From NCBI GenBank assembly GCA_003208875.1, contig QCUR01000004.1:96001-160000 (forward strand): DNA of 64,000 nucleotides. Reading direction: 5' to 3'. The notes beneath the pieces were generated by a model. The model was not told the origin of the DNA, did not search any database, and worked only from the letters and a program-made list of their open reading frames with translations. The DNA comes from Prochlorococcus sp. AG-679-M23. GTDB taxonomy: Bacteria > Cyanobacteriota > Cyanobacteriia > PCC-6307 > Cyanobiaceae. Positions 43,174 through 55,334 of the stretch are shown in pieces (the stretch's first letter is position 1; the number at the start of each line of letters is the position of its first letter). Position numbers and translations under genes: made by a program.

Positions 43174-43515
43174 TTAGCGTCCTTGGAAAACTGCAAAAGC
43201 TGTACCTTGGCTTTGTGTATAAGCGTCATAACCAATGATTCTTACGTGATGATCAGGGTATGCTCTATGGCAAGCCTCTAACTCACTTACAACCAAGTTA
43301 AGATCTTTTTCCCCAAAGAAAGGGAGCTTCCAATAAGACCAATAAGTTTGCATACTTCCACTCGGATGTACATGCTCAATAACAGGACTCCATCCTTGAG
43401 CAATAATGTAAGCAATTTGATCGTATATTTCTTCCTGGGTCATCGGTGGTAAAAAACCGAATGTTTCCAGGGTAGCAACTGTTTGATAGTCACCAACTGA
43501 GCTCTGGAAAGGCAT
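43174..43515 (-). CDS. rbcS: Rubisco small subunit, form IA
   Basis: ETFGFLPP, YWSYWKLPFF, IIGYD. Confidence 0.98.
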   Translation of the reverse strand: MPFQSSVGDYQTVATLETFGFLPPMTQEEIYDQIAYIIAQGWSPVIEHVHPSGSMQTYWSYWKLPFFGEKDLNLVVSELEACHRAYPDHHVRIIGYDAYTQSQGTAFAVFQGR

Positions 43516-43539
43516 AATTAAATGATTTGTGAATGATAT

Positions 43540-43589
43540 TCTCGTAAAAACGAGATTTGAAAAATTGAGGAGAAATAATTATTCTCCTC
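43540..43589 (-). other. Two stem-loops in the rbcL-rbcS spacer
   Basis: GAGGAGAA-N7-TTCTCCTC (43567-43589) and TCTCGT-N4-ACGAGA (43540-43555). Confidence 0.6.
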
Positions 43590-43605
43590 TTGTTTGAAAT
43601 CTGAG

Positions 43606-45021
43606 TTAGCCTTGAACGTCGAGCTTATCAACGGTATCAAACTCAAACTTGATTTCTTTCCAAGTTTCGAGTGCAATAGCTAATTCAGGACTATGCTTAG
43701 CAGCTTCCATTAGAATGTCTCTACTCTCTTTTTCGATTTCGCGACCTGCATTACGTGCTTTCACACAAGCTTCTAATGCAACACGGTTTGCAGCAGCTCC
43801 GGCAGCTGAACCCCATGGATGACCATGAGTTCCTCCTCCGAATTGAAGACAAGAATCATCTCCAAATATTGCAAGAAGTGCTGGCATATGCCAAACGTGG
43901 ATACCACCAGATGCAACAGCAAAAACTCCAGGCATTGATCCCCAATCTTGATCAAAGAAGTTACCTCTTGATCTATCTTCGGGAACAAATGATTCTCTTA
44001 AGTTATCAATGTAACCAAGAGTAGTTTGACGGTCACCTTCTAGTTTTCCAACAACGGTTCCAGTGTGTAACTGATCTCCTCCAGAGAGTCTTAAACATTT
44101 CGCTAAAACTCTGAAATGGATACCATGCTTTGGATGTCTATCAATAACAGCATGCATAGCTCTGTGTATATGCAAAAGCATGCCATTTTTACGACACCAG
44201 TTTGCAAGGCCAGTATTTGCGGTAAATCCACCAGTTATGTAATCATGCATGATGATTGGCATATCAAGCTCTTTAGCAAACTCTGCACGTTCGTATAATT
44301 CTTCAGGAGTATTAGCGGTGCAATTTAAATAATGACCTTTTACTTCTCCAGTTTCTTGCTGAGCGAGTTTAACGGCCTCAGCAACGAACTCAAATCTTTC
44401 TCTCCAACGTTGGAATGGCTGAGAATTGATATTCTCATCATCTTTAGTTAGATCAAGACCACCTCTTAGGCATTCATAGACAACCCTTCCGTAGTTCTTA
44501 CCAGATAATCCTAATTTAGGTTTAATGGTACAACCAAGAAGCGGTCTTCCATACTTATTAAGTCGGTCTCTTTCAACAACTATTCCGTTAGGTGGTCCAC
44601 CACAGGTCTTAATAAAAGCAATTGGGAATCTAATATCCTCAAGACGGAGATGTCTTAAAGCTTTAAATCCAAATACGTTACCTACTAAAGAGGTTAATAC
44701 GTTTGTAATTGAACCTTCTTCGAAAAGATCTAGAGGGTACGCAATAAATGCATAAAATGCTTCTGGATCACCAGGAACGTCTTCGATTCGATAACAACGG
44801 CCTTTGTAAAATTCAAGGTCGGTAAGTAACTCGGACCAAACAGTTGACCAAGTACCAGTAGAAGATTCAGCCGCTACCGCTGCTGCAACTTCTTCTCTTG
44901 GGACACCTTCTTGGCCTGTGCATTTGAAACAGGCTAACAAATCAGTGTCGAGGGGGACATATTCAGGAGTCCAGTAGGTATCTCTGTACTCCTTTACCCC
45001 AGCGTCATACTTCTTACTCAT
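43606..45021 (-). CDS. rbcL: Rubisco large subunit, form IA
   Basis: [35 protein letters not shown]. Confidence 0.99.
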
Positions 45022-45086
45022 AAGGATAAATTTAGGTCTATTAAGGGAAATTATTTATTAGCAAAATTAGATTTTGCTTTATTTAA

Positions 45087-45398
45087 TTAGTCCTTTTGAC
45101 CAAGGAAATCGCCATTACCAAGTGCTGGCTCAACTTCTCTATGAGGGCGAGCAATGATGTGAGCTGCGACAAGACCGTCACCAACTCTCTCACAAGCATC
45201 AGCTCCAGCTCTTACTGCTGCGTTAACAGCTCCCGTTTCTCCTCTAACTAAAACTGTGACATAACCGCCACCTACGAATTCACGACCAATAAGACGAACT
45301 TCTGCTGCCTTGGTCATTGCGTCTGCTGCTTCGATTGCAGGTACAAGTCCGCGTGTCTCGATCATGCCGAGTGCGATACCCATTGTTTCTGTAGCCAT
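45087..45398 (-). CDS. csoS1: Major carboxysome shell hexamer CsoS1
   Basis: GIALGMIETRGLVPAIEAADAMTKAA BMC domain. Confidence 0.98.
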   Translation of the reverse strand: MATETMGIALGMIETRGLVPAIEAADAMTKAAEVRLIGREFVGGGYVTVLVRGETGAVNAAVRAGADACERVGDGLVAAHIIARPHREVEPALGNGDFLGQKD

Positions 45399-45454
45399 TG
45401 CCTACTAATTACTAAATGTGGAATGTTCAATCCGAAGAATGGTCCATAACGTAC

Positions 45455-45559
45455 TGATAAGTCAAGCATTTTTAACTAAATACTCTATTAATGTTTTTTC
45501 TATCATTGATAAGTTAAACTTATCACCCTTGCTATTATTGATATGTCAATACTTATCAA
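45455..45559. promoter_or_regulatory. Palindromic operator-like sites upstream of the cso operon (LysR/CbbR-like)
   Basis: TGATAAGT-N3-ACTTATCA (45507-45525, contains T-N11-A), TGATATGT-N4-ACTTATCA (45539-45558), half site TGATAAGT (45455-45462). Confidence 0.55.
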
Positions 45560-45615
45560 AATTAGTTAGTGCATCAAAACATACGGTTGTGTTAATAAAA
45601 AATTTACATTAAGTT

Positions 45616-45680
45616 ATGCGCGTACGAGACAGGCCCTGTCTACACAGGTGTGGAATGTTCAACCTCTCCTGTCTCTGTAT
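45616..45680 (+). ncRNA. Candidate structured small RNA or leader sharing 14 nt with the csoS1 leader (strand uncertain)
   Basis: GAGACAGG/CCTGTCTC closing stem, inner CCTGT/ACAGG hairpin, TGTGGAATGTTCAA copy, TACATT -10-like element at 45605-45610. Confidence 0.45.
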
Positions 45681-45723
45681 CAAGTTTTAAAGTAAGATAA
45701 TATTCAGAAATTTTTATATTATT

Positions 45724-46311
45724 TTGGATTCTCCTTCTGTTCTTACTATTGCAAGCGGAAATCAGAAGAAGGTATCTGAAATATTAGAGATGTTAGATGT
45801 CCTATCTTTAAAAGTAAAAAAACAACCCGAATATTTAAATGTTGAAGAGACAGGCAAAACCTATTTTGACAACGCTTTTTTAAAAGCAAAAGCAGCTTCT
45901 TTAGAGACTAAGACTTGGGCCTTAGCTGATGACTCAGGGCTTGAGGTTGATTATTTAGATGGGAGACCGGGCATATATTCGGCAAGATATGCCAACAATA
46001 ATGATGAAAAGCTTATTAAGTTATTAAGAGAGCTAAGTGATATCCCTTACAGAAGCGCAAAATTCATTAGTTGTATGGTTCTATGTGATCCAAAAGGAAA
46101 TTTGGTAAAAGATGCAACGGGTATTTGCTGGGGGGAAATTCTTAAAGAACCAAAATATCCTAACGGAGAATTTGAATCTATTTTTTGGGTTAAAGAGGCT
46201 AATTGTGTTTATGGAGAATTAAGTCATTCTCAATTAATTAAATTAGGCAGTAGAGGAAAAGCCGCAAAAAATATAGCTCCTTTTTTAAAAAAAGAATTTG
46301 GAATAGATTAA
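45724..46311 (+). CDS. Ham1/RdgB-like NTP pyrophosphatase, cso-associated
   Basis: ASGNQKK, VEETGKTY..NA..KA, ADDSGL, GRPGIYSARY. Confidence 0.88.
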   Translation: MDSPSVLTIASGNQKKVSEILEMLDVLSLKVKKQPEYLNVEETGKTYFDNAFLKAKAASLETKTWALADDSGLEVDYLDGRPGIYSARYANNNDEKLIKLLRELSDIPYRSAKFISCMVLCDPKGNLVKDATGICWGEILKEPKYPNGEFESIFWVKEANCVYGELSHSQLIKLGSRGKAAKNIAPFLKKEFGID

Positions 46312-46319
46312 AAATCTAT

Positions 46320-47090
46320 TTAATAGTTTGATATTTGATCAATTGCTCTTATCGCAGCTGCTGCGGCCTCTTCAACATCTCCCTCTTTCCCTGCGAGAGT
46401 AAGCCTTCCAAAGGCTCCAACGGCTTTTACATCAATGATGGTTATATTAGCGGATTTTTCAGCTTCATTAGCTGCCTTAAGTACATATCCCGCTGGTTCA
46501 GTCTCCAAAATAAACATGCTCATTCCAGATTGAATCATAGATCCACTTCTATTTTGCCTGTTGATTAAAACTGCATGATCTGGAGTAATTGCACGAATAA
46601 CTTCTGTCCAACTTGTTGATGGCTTGGTTCTTTTCCTCACTTCACTCCCAATAGCATCTAAAACCACATCTCCTGAATGCAAAACTGTACTTTGGTCCTT
46701 ATGGTAAAGAGCTAAAGAGCCAAAGGCTCTTTCCACAATCATCTGACCTAGCCTTACATTACTTGCCTTTAAAGCTATATCAGTAACCCTATGAACTGCC
46801 ATTCCGGGAGAAACTTCCATCCATAGGCAAGAATCACCAGGTATTGGTAAAAAACCTCTACTAACAGTTCCCATATATGCAGCTAACTGAGGTTGTAAAG
46901 AGTCTAAAAAAACATATGTCCTTAATTCTATTTGCTCAACTTGACTTGCTTGTCTTGAAACTAATGACTTTTCAGAGTCAGTTGTTATAAAACAGCTAGC
47001 TCCATTGGACTGAGATTGAACTTCAGATCCAGTAATAAGAGAACTTCCTTTTCTTCGATCTCCTCTATTTAAGCTAGAAGTTGGTTCCAT
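46320..47090 (-). CDS. csoS1D: Tandem BMC-domain shell protein CsoS1D
   Basis: [33 protein letters not shown]. Confidence 0.95.
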   Translation of the reverse strand: MEPTSSLNRGDRRKGSSLITGSEVQSQSNGASCFITTDSEKSLVSRQASQVEQIELRTYVFLDSLQPQLAAYMGTVSRGFLPIPGDSCLWMEVSPGMAVHRVTDIALKASNVRLGQMIVERAFGSLALYHKDQSTVLHSGDVVLDAIGSEVRKRTKPSTSWTEVIRAITPDHAVLINRQNRSGSMIQSGMSMFILETEPAGYVLKAANEAEKSANITIIDVKAVGAFGRLTLAGKEGDVEEAAAAAIRAIDQISNY

Positions 47091-47188
47091 TCAGGAGACT
47101 ATAACGGATTAGGGTTCTTTTTTTTCTATTAAATTAACTTGCATGCTTCGTACGAACCGATAACTTCAAATTAAAGATATGAAATTTT

Positions 47189-47557
47189 ATGGTAACTTCT
47201 CAAAAAAAAGCACCAGATCCTTCTGCCTCTGAAAATGAATTAAGTCCTGATCAAACCCTTGGTTTAGTGAGCTTAAGTTTAATGCAAAAGTTATCTCAGA
47301 AAGATCCTTCATTTAGTTGGTTGGGAGAGATAAAACCAGATCAATTAAATCTTAGAAATCTTAGAGATAGACTAGAGTTAACCGAATTAGCTATTAAGAC
47401 AGGAGCACCTCTAACAACTTCCGAAGTTTCAATTTTGATGGGAGCAAAGCCTGGTAAATCTAAGATAGAAAGAGGTGGATTATTAGCCGTAAAAGTTGCC
47501 AGAAATGTCTGGAAATTATCTAAACTTGGCCAAGGAAGTTCATATTACAGAAATTAA
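47189..47557 (+). CDS. Conserved hypothetical protein
   Basis: 122-aa ORF filling the gap between csoS1D and chlN. Confidence 0.75.
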   Translation: MVTSQKKAPDPSASENELSPDQTLGLVSLSLMQKLSQKDPSFSWLGEIKPDQLNLRNLRDRLELTELAIKTGAPLTTSEVSILMGAKPGKSKIERGGLLAVKVARNVWKLSKLGQGSSYYRN

Positions 47558-47698
47558 ATTTCAGAGTAAATAAATTAGTTTAATTATTCTTATTAAAGTT
47601 TTTAAACTTTCATATAAGTTTTTTAAATGTATACATTTTGTAAGAGAACTTATCAATTAGTGCTTAAATTCAAAAGTTTATGCAAGCTTGAAGAATAA

Positions 47699-48970
<1,272 letters not shown>

Positions 48971-48973
48971 ATT

Positions 48974-50554
48974 ATGGAATTAACTCTTTGGACATATGAA
49001 GGCCCTCCTCATGTAGGTGCAATGAGAGTTGCATCATCAATGAAAGATATTCATTATGTTCTCCATGCTCCCCAAGGAGATACTTATGCAGATCTTCTTT
49101 TCACAATGATTGAGAGAAGAGGCCAAAGACCACCTGTAACTTATACAACATTTCAGGCTAGAGACTTAGGAGGAGATACAGCAGAACTAGTTAAAAGGAA
49201 TATTACTGAGGCAGTTGAAAGATTTAAACCAAAAACTCTTTTAGTAGGTGAAAGTTGTACTGCTGAACTAATACAAGATCAGCCAGGAGCTCTTGCTAAG
49301 GGTATGGGTTTTGATATCCCAATAGTGAACCTTGAACTTCCTGCCTATAGCAAAAAAGAAAACTGGGGTGCTTCAGAAACCTTTTATCAAATAATAAGAA
49401 CTCTTTTGAAAGATAAGGTGAACGAAATTGAAAAAATTAATCCTAAAAGATGGATTACTTTAGGTCGAAGACCTAAAGTAAATATATTAGGTCCTACTTT
49501 ATTAGGTTTTAGATGCAGAGATGATGTAATCGAGATTCAACGTATACTTTCAGAGCAAGGTATTGATACTAATGTTGTTGCGCCGCTCGGTTCAAGTCCC
49601 GATGATATTACAAGATTAACTGATGCTGATATTAATATTTGCCTTTATCACGAGATTGCTGAGACTTCTTGTGAATGGCTTAAGCGTAATTGCGGAATGG
49701 AATATACAACTACCATCCCAATTGGTATAAAAAATACAATTAATTTTATTAAAGAAGTTCATGAAAAACTTGCTCTCCCATTAACAAATCAAGAGGAATT
49801 AGAGCACAAGTCAAAACTTCCATGGTACTCAAAGTCTGTTGACTCAAATTACTTGACGGGGAAAAGGGTTTTTATTTTTGGTGACGGTACTCATGCTATA
49901 GCAGCTGCCAAAATTGCCAAAGATGAATTAGGTTTTGAGGTGGTAGGATTAGGAACTTACAGCAGAGAAATGGCAAGGCAAGTAAGAGCCGCAGCTAAGG
50001 ATTTAAATATAGAAGCACTAATTACTAATAGCTACCTAGAAGTAGAAGATGCCATGAAAAAAGCATCCCCCGAATTAGTTTTAGGGACCCAAATGGAAAG
50101 GCACAGCGCAAAAAGACTTGGTATCCCATGCTCAGTAATTAGTACTCCAATGCATGTTCAAGATGTTCCTGCAAGATATAGCCCTCAAATGGGATGGGAA
50201 GGTGCAAATGTGATTTTTGACGACTGGGTTCACCCTCTAATGATGGGTCTTGAAGAACATCTTATTGATATGTTCAAACATGACTTTGAATTTGTTGATG
50301 GCCATCAAAGTCATCTTGGTCATACTGCCACAAAGGATACTGAGAATAAAGAGGATCAGAATGCTAGAAGTAATATAAATATTCAAAAGAAGGGAAATGT
50401 TATTTGGACAGACTCTGGAAGAGCAGAACTTACAAAAGTTCCTTTTTTTGTAAGAGGTAAAGTTAAATCAAATACTGAGAAATATGCTCTTTCAAAAGGC
50501 CTTCCTGAAATTAGCGACGAGACCCTCTATGACGCAAAAGCCTATTTCGGCTAA
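48974..50554 (+). CDS. chlB: Light-independent protochlorophyllide reductase subunit B
   Basis: [19 protein letters not shown]-terminal [11 protein letters not shown]-red domain. Confidence 0.97.
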   Translation: MELTLWTYEGPPHVGAMRVASSMKDIHYVLHAPQGDTYADLLFTMIERRGQRPPVTYTTFQARDLGGDTAELVKRNITEAVERFKPKTLLVGESCTAELIQDQPGALAKGMGFDIPIVNLELPAYSKKENWGASETFYQIIRTLLKDKVNEIEKINPKRWITLGRRPKVNILGPTLLGFRCRDDVIEIQRILSEQGIDTNVVAPLGSSPDDITRLTDADINICLYHEIAETSCEWLKRNCGMEYTTTIPIGIKNTINFIKEVHEKLALPLTNQEELEHKSKLPWYSKSVDSNYLTGKRVFIFGDGTHAIAAAKIAKDELGFEVVGLGTYSREMARQVRAAAKDLNIEALITNSYLEVEDAMKKASPELVLGTQMERHSAKRLGIPCSVISTPMHVQDVPARYSPQMGWEGANVIFDDWVHPLMMGLEEHLIDMFKHDFEFVDGHQSHLGHTATKDTENKEDQNARSNINIQKKGNVIWTDSGRAELTKVPFFVRGKVKSNTEKYALSKGLPEISDETLYDAKAYFG

Positions 50555-50745
50555 TCCTTATAAATAAATTATTATTCTAGCATGAGTATTTTCACCCATA
50601 ATGCTAATAATAATTCCGGAATATCTAGTTATTAACATATATCTTGTATCTTTAATCTTAATAAATAACTATTTGTTGAGAAATGCATTTCTAGAAGCAT
50701 ATTCCTGCAAGAATGTATTTATTAACGTGTTAATTTTAGTTTTAA

Positions 50746-51633
<888 letters not shown>

Positions 51634-51637
51634 CTAC

Positions 51638-52642
51638 CTAAGCTAATCCAACCAATTTTCTAGTTAATTCATAAGTTTGTCTTGAAATATTTTTCTCAAT
51701 AATTCTCTGAGACAATTTTTGAGAAAAAGCTTTTCTACCTAACTTTTGGCGATTTCCCCAACTCCAATGAACTGCCGGCTTAGCATATTCTTTAAGCGTA
51801 GCTACTTGAGCGACTCTTTCTCCTGCTAATCTTTGAGATACATATCCTTTTGTGATGAATTTTTGAAAGATTGGGAATAAAAATCTAAAAAGCCAAGGGG
51901 TATCCCTAAAGAGTTTTGTATCTGCCACACATCCAGGGTAAAGGGAATTAATAATTATTCTTTCTTTAGGATATTTTTTTGATAATTCTTGTACAGTTAC
52001 CATATTGCACAGTTTGCTATCTTTATAGGCTTTCCCGGGTTTAAATTTTTTTCCATTTGCCATGCTAATTGGAGATAAAAATCCATTTTTAAATCCAGAT
52101 AAATTACCAAGATCAGCTGGAGCAGGTATAGGAATTCTCCCGCCTAGTTCTGAATAATTTGCCGTAACAGTTCCTAGTACGGTTATTCTTGGTTTAAATT
52201 TAATTGTTCTACCATTTAAATCAATTTCTTTCTCAGATGACAAAATATTATCAAGAAGAAGATTAATCAAGAGAAAATGACCAAAATGATTAACTGCCAT
52301 AGAATTTTCAAATCCTTGGGGAGATCTTTCAGGTTTCCGTAATCTTGGCTTATAAACTGCAGCATTACAAATAATAGAATTTATGGGTTTTTGAAATTTT
52401 TTCAATATTTCATAACAACCATTTCTTACATCATCCAAATCAGACAAATCAATTTCTATAAAATGAATATTTTTCATTTCGGAATCTGTTAACGATTTCT
52501 GAGCTATTTCTACTGCCCTTTTATTTGAGCGATTTACCGCTATAACCTCCCATCCAAATCTCAACAAAGGTTTTAAGGTATTTAATCCTACTCCTGATGT
52601 TGTCCCTGTTATTAGAACTAAACCTTTAATACTCTTGACCAC
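51638..52642 (-). CDS. por: Light-dependent protochlorophyllide oxidoreductase
   Basis: ITGTTSGVG, CNAAVY, YKDSKLCN, SLYPGCVA.T.LFR, FQK.ITKGYVS. Confidence 0.92.
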   Translation of the reverse strand: MVKSIKGLVLITGTTSGVGLNTLKPLLRFGWEVIAVNRSNKRAVEIAQKSLTDSEMKNIHFIEIDLSDLDDVRNGCYEILKKFQKPINSIICNAAVYKPRLRKPERSPQGFENSMAVNHFGHFLLINLLLDNILSSEKEIDLNGRTIKFKPRITVLGTVTANYSELGGRIPIPAPADLGNLSGFKNGFLSPISMANGKKFKPGKAYKDSKLCNMVTVQELSKKYPKERIIINSLYPGCVADTKLFRDTPWLFRFLFPIFQKFITKGYVSQRLAGERVAQVATLKEYAKPAVHWSWGNRQKLGRKAFSQKLSQRIIEKNISRQTYELTRKLVGLA

Positions 52643-52700
52643 TAGCTATAAAAATTAAAATGAAAAATTCGATAATTAAATGACTTTATAGTCACACTTA

Positions 52701-53048
52701 TCAACGCCATATTACTCTGATTATGTCTCTGGAAATTATTTGATCTTGATCCTTCATAAATCTTTGCTCGCCTTCAAAAGAGATTAAATCATCAAATCTA
52801 CGACTTAAACGGTCAAACCTTGATTTTTCATATAAATAAGAATCTTTAATCTCCCTCAATCTAGTTAATCTAATTTTTGAGCTATATCCAATTTTTACTA
52901 AACTAACTATTGCTAAAAGAGAAAAACAAACTTTTAACCCTAGAAAAACAGAGCTTACAAATTCTTCTTGATCTTTATGGTTTAACTCAATAGCAGACGC
53001 TAAAGATCTTTTGTCTGTAGAAGTCCTTTTACGATAATGTTTAGGCAA
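52701..53048 (-). CDS. Conserved hypothetical membrane protein
   Basis: One TM segment plus coiled coil, between psaM and por; start uncertain. Confidence 0.65.
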   Translation of the reverse strand: MPKHYRKRTSTDKRSLASAIELNHKDQEEFVSSVFLGLKVCFSLLAIVSLVKIGYSSKIRLTRLREIKDSYLYEKSRFDRLSRRFDDLISFEGEQRFMKDQDQIISRDIIRVIWR

Positions 53049-53135
53049 ATTATTTTTCAGAATTATATAAAAGACTCAAGTATAAAAGTCTTCTTTAATT
53101 ATTAACATAAAGTTCTTGATTATCAAATTAGTTTT

Positions 53136-53240
53136 TTATGTTCTAGCTAAACTTATGCCAAGCCTTAAAGCCAATACTCCTGCATGCATTACAACAATAA
53201 GTCCAAGTATTATTAAATTGATTGATTGAGTTGGCTCCAT
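53136..53240 (-). CDS. psaM: Photosystem I subunit XII (not in the ORF track)
   Basis: Manual translation: [34 protein letters not shown], 34 aa with the LA.RLG motif. Confidence 0.9.
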   Translation of the reverse strand: MEPTQSINLIILGLIVVMHAGVLALRLGISLART

Positions 53241-53337
53241 AATAAATTCATATTTATTTTCTATATTCTCTACCCAAAAGTGAAAAATTGATAGAATATT
53301 ACAAAATGCTGTTACGTAATTAAATCAAAAAATAATT

Positions 53338-54045
53338 TTGAAATCAGATAATCAAGCTTTAATTATTTCAACAATGAAATTAACTGGAGTTGAACAAATG
53401 GCTCTAGATTTGCATTTTTTAGAAAAAACTATTTCCAAAGTTGAAATTCTTTTTACATTAAGGTTCTATCATTGGGAGGGAAATTGGATTTCTCTTGGTT
53501 ATCATCAAAAAGTGATTCCGCCTTATTGGGAAAAGCTATTAGAGGATGGCATTATTAAGGTCGTTAGAAGACCCTCGGGAGGTGGAGCAGTACTTCATTC
53601 TGGAGGTATAACATACGCTTTAACATTTAAAAAACCTTCTTATAAGATCTTTAGTTATGAGCTTGTAAATAATTGGTTAATTAAAAGTTTTAATGAATTA
53701 GGTTTAGGTTTAAAAAGAGGAACCATTAGAAAATCAATAATTAAAGAAAACTGTTTTGGATCATCCTATATATCTGATTTAGTTGATCAATATGGATTTA
53801 AACGAATAGGAAGCGCCCAATACAGAAAGAAAGGGGCATTTCTTCAGCATGGGGAGATTCAACTTAATCCTCCAAGAGAATTGTGGTTCAGATTATTTGG
53901 AGAAGAGCCTCCCAATAAAATTAATTTAAATCTTACAAATGACGAAATAATTAAATATTTGATTAATTCATTTTTAGAATCCAAGTCAAATATAAAATTT
54001 GAAAAAATCTACTATAAAAAAGATGAGATTAAAGAATTTTTGTGA
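53338..54045 (+). CDS. Lipoate-protein ligase A / octanoyltransferase family
   Basis: QMALD, ISLGYHQ, VRRPSGGGAVLH, GSAQ, LQHG. Confidence 0.9.
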   Translation: MKSDNQALIISTMKLTGVEQMALDLHFLEKTISKVEILFTLRFYHWEGNWISLGYHQKVIPPYWEKLLEDGIIKVVRRPSGGGAVLHSGGITYALTFKKPSYKIFSYELVNNWLIKSFNELGLGLKRGTIRKSIIKENCFGSSYISDLVDQYGFKRIGSAQYRKKGAFLQHGEIQLNPPRELWFRLFGEEPPNKINLNLTNDEIIKYLINSFLESKSNIKFEKIYYKKDEIKEFL

Positions 54046-54052
54046 CTTGAAT

Positions 54053-55279
54053 TTATTCAATTTCTCCTTTTTTTCTCATTAATTTTATAATCTTGGGTAA
54101 TTGAATACCCAGTGGATACTGATCCTTATTATTAAATTTACTGATTAGATTGGAGGGTAAATTTAAACCTAGTTTATTAAACACAAAATAACCAATTTTA
54201 TTTCTGTCAATGATTCCTAATGGTATATCAGCAGAATTGAGTACGAGTATTATACCTTCATTAGATTTCTCTATCTTTTCAATAGCTCTCCATAACTCAG
54301 TATTAAAATTGACACCCTCAAATTTCTTAATAGACTTTTTAAAATCCCCAACAAAAGTACGTTCCCATTTTTTTACTGAAACAGATTTTAAAATTTTTTC
54401 CTCAATAAATCCGTCCCATCTTCCACTATTAGTCAAAAATAAATATTTATCTTGTTTATCTTTTTTACTTTTAACCACATTATTTAACTGTACAAAATTT
54501 GAATTGAATTCTATTTTTCTTAATGGCTTAAATTTAAGTTCAGAAACTTTACTTGATTTTAAAATATTTTCAATTTTAAAAAATTGATTTTCAGACTTTG
54601 AAGAATTAATACCAAATAATCCCAAAAAAGTAAGTAATAAACCATAGTAAAAATTGAAACTAAATAAACATATAATTCCTAAAAGAAAAACTAAAATTGA
54701 TAATATTAAAGTTAATTTATTTAAAAAATTTCTTCCTTTATTTTTACTTCCTGAAAAATACCAAATAGTACTCTTTAACAAATTACCTCCATCTAAAGAT
54801 CCAATAGGAATTAAGTTTAAAAAGCCTAGAAAAAGATTTAATATTGCTACTCTATTCAATATATTTGTGAATATTTGTTCGTTGGATTCAGTAGGATTAC
54901 ATATGAAAATAAGAATTAATGCCGTTGAGAAACATAATAAAGGTCTAACTAGCGAGATTTTTATATTACCCAAAGCTGTTTGACAATCCTTTTCTATTTG
55001 CAAAACTGCTCCTAAGAAGTAAAAGGTAATATTTTTTATTTTTACTCCTTGATTTAACGAAACAAAAGTATGGAAGACCTCATGGAATATGATCGTGCTT
55101 AATAAAAAAAAAGAAGTTAAGAAACCAATTAACCAAGCTTCCTTAATATTATAAATTTCACCAGAAGTTAAATTAACTTGATTAGAAATACTCCATGAAA
55201 ACAAAAAAAGGATTGCAAACCAGTACGGATGTAATTTAAAGGGAATTCCCCTTATTTTAAAAATTTGCAAACTCCTCAA
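54053..55279 (-). CDS. Site-2 (M50) membrane metalloprotease with degenerate CBS-like tail
   Basis: HEVFH (HExxH) and NLIPIGSLDGG. Confidence 0.88.
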   Translation of the reverse strand: MRSLQIFKIRGIPFKLHPYWFAILFLFSWSISNQVNLTSGEIYNIKEAWLIGFLTSFFLLSTIIFHEVFHTFVSLNQGVKIKNITFYFLGAVLQIEKDCQTALGNIKISLVRPLLCFSTALILIFICNPTESNEQIFTNILNRVAILNLFLGFLNLIPIGSLDGGNLLKSTIWYFSGSKNKGRNFLNKLTLILSILVFLLGIICLFSFNFYYGLLLTFLGLFGINSSKSENQFFKIENILKSSKVSELKFKPLRKIEFNSNFVQLNNVVKSKKDKQDKYLFLTNSGRWDGFIEEKILKSVSVKKWERTFVGDFKKSIKKFEGVNFNTELWRAIEKIEKSNEGIILVLNSADIPLGIIDRNKIGYFVFNKLGLNLPSNLISKFNNKDQYPLGIQLPKIIKLMRKKGEIE

Positions 55280-55334
55280 AAATAATCTCCGTTATATTTA
55301 CAAATAATATTAATTCTACCTATAAGATAAAGAT

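Noticed and set aside
45418..45612. 64-aa ORF in the csoS1/Ham1 spacer
   Set aside because: GTG start falls inside the 14-nt repeat, it crosses promoter and operator elements, and it has no recognisable protein features
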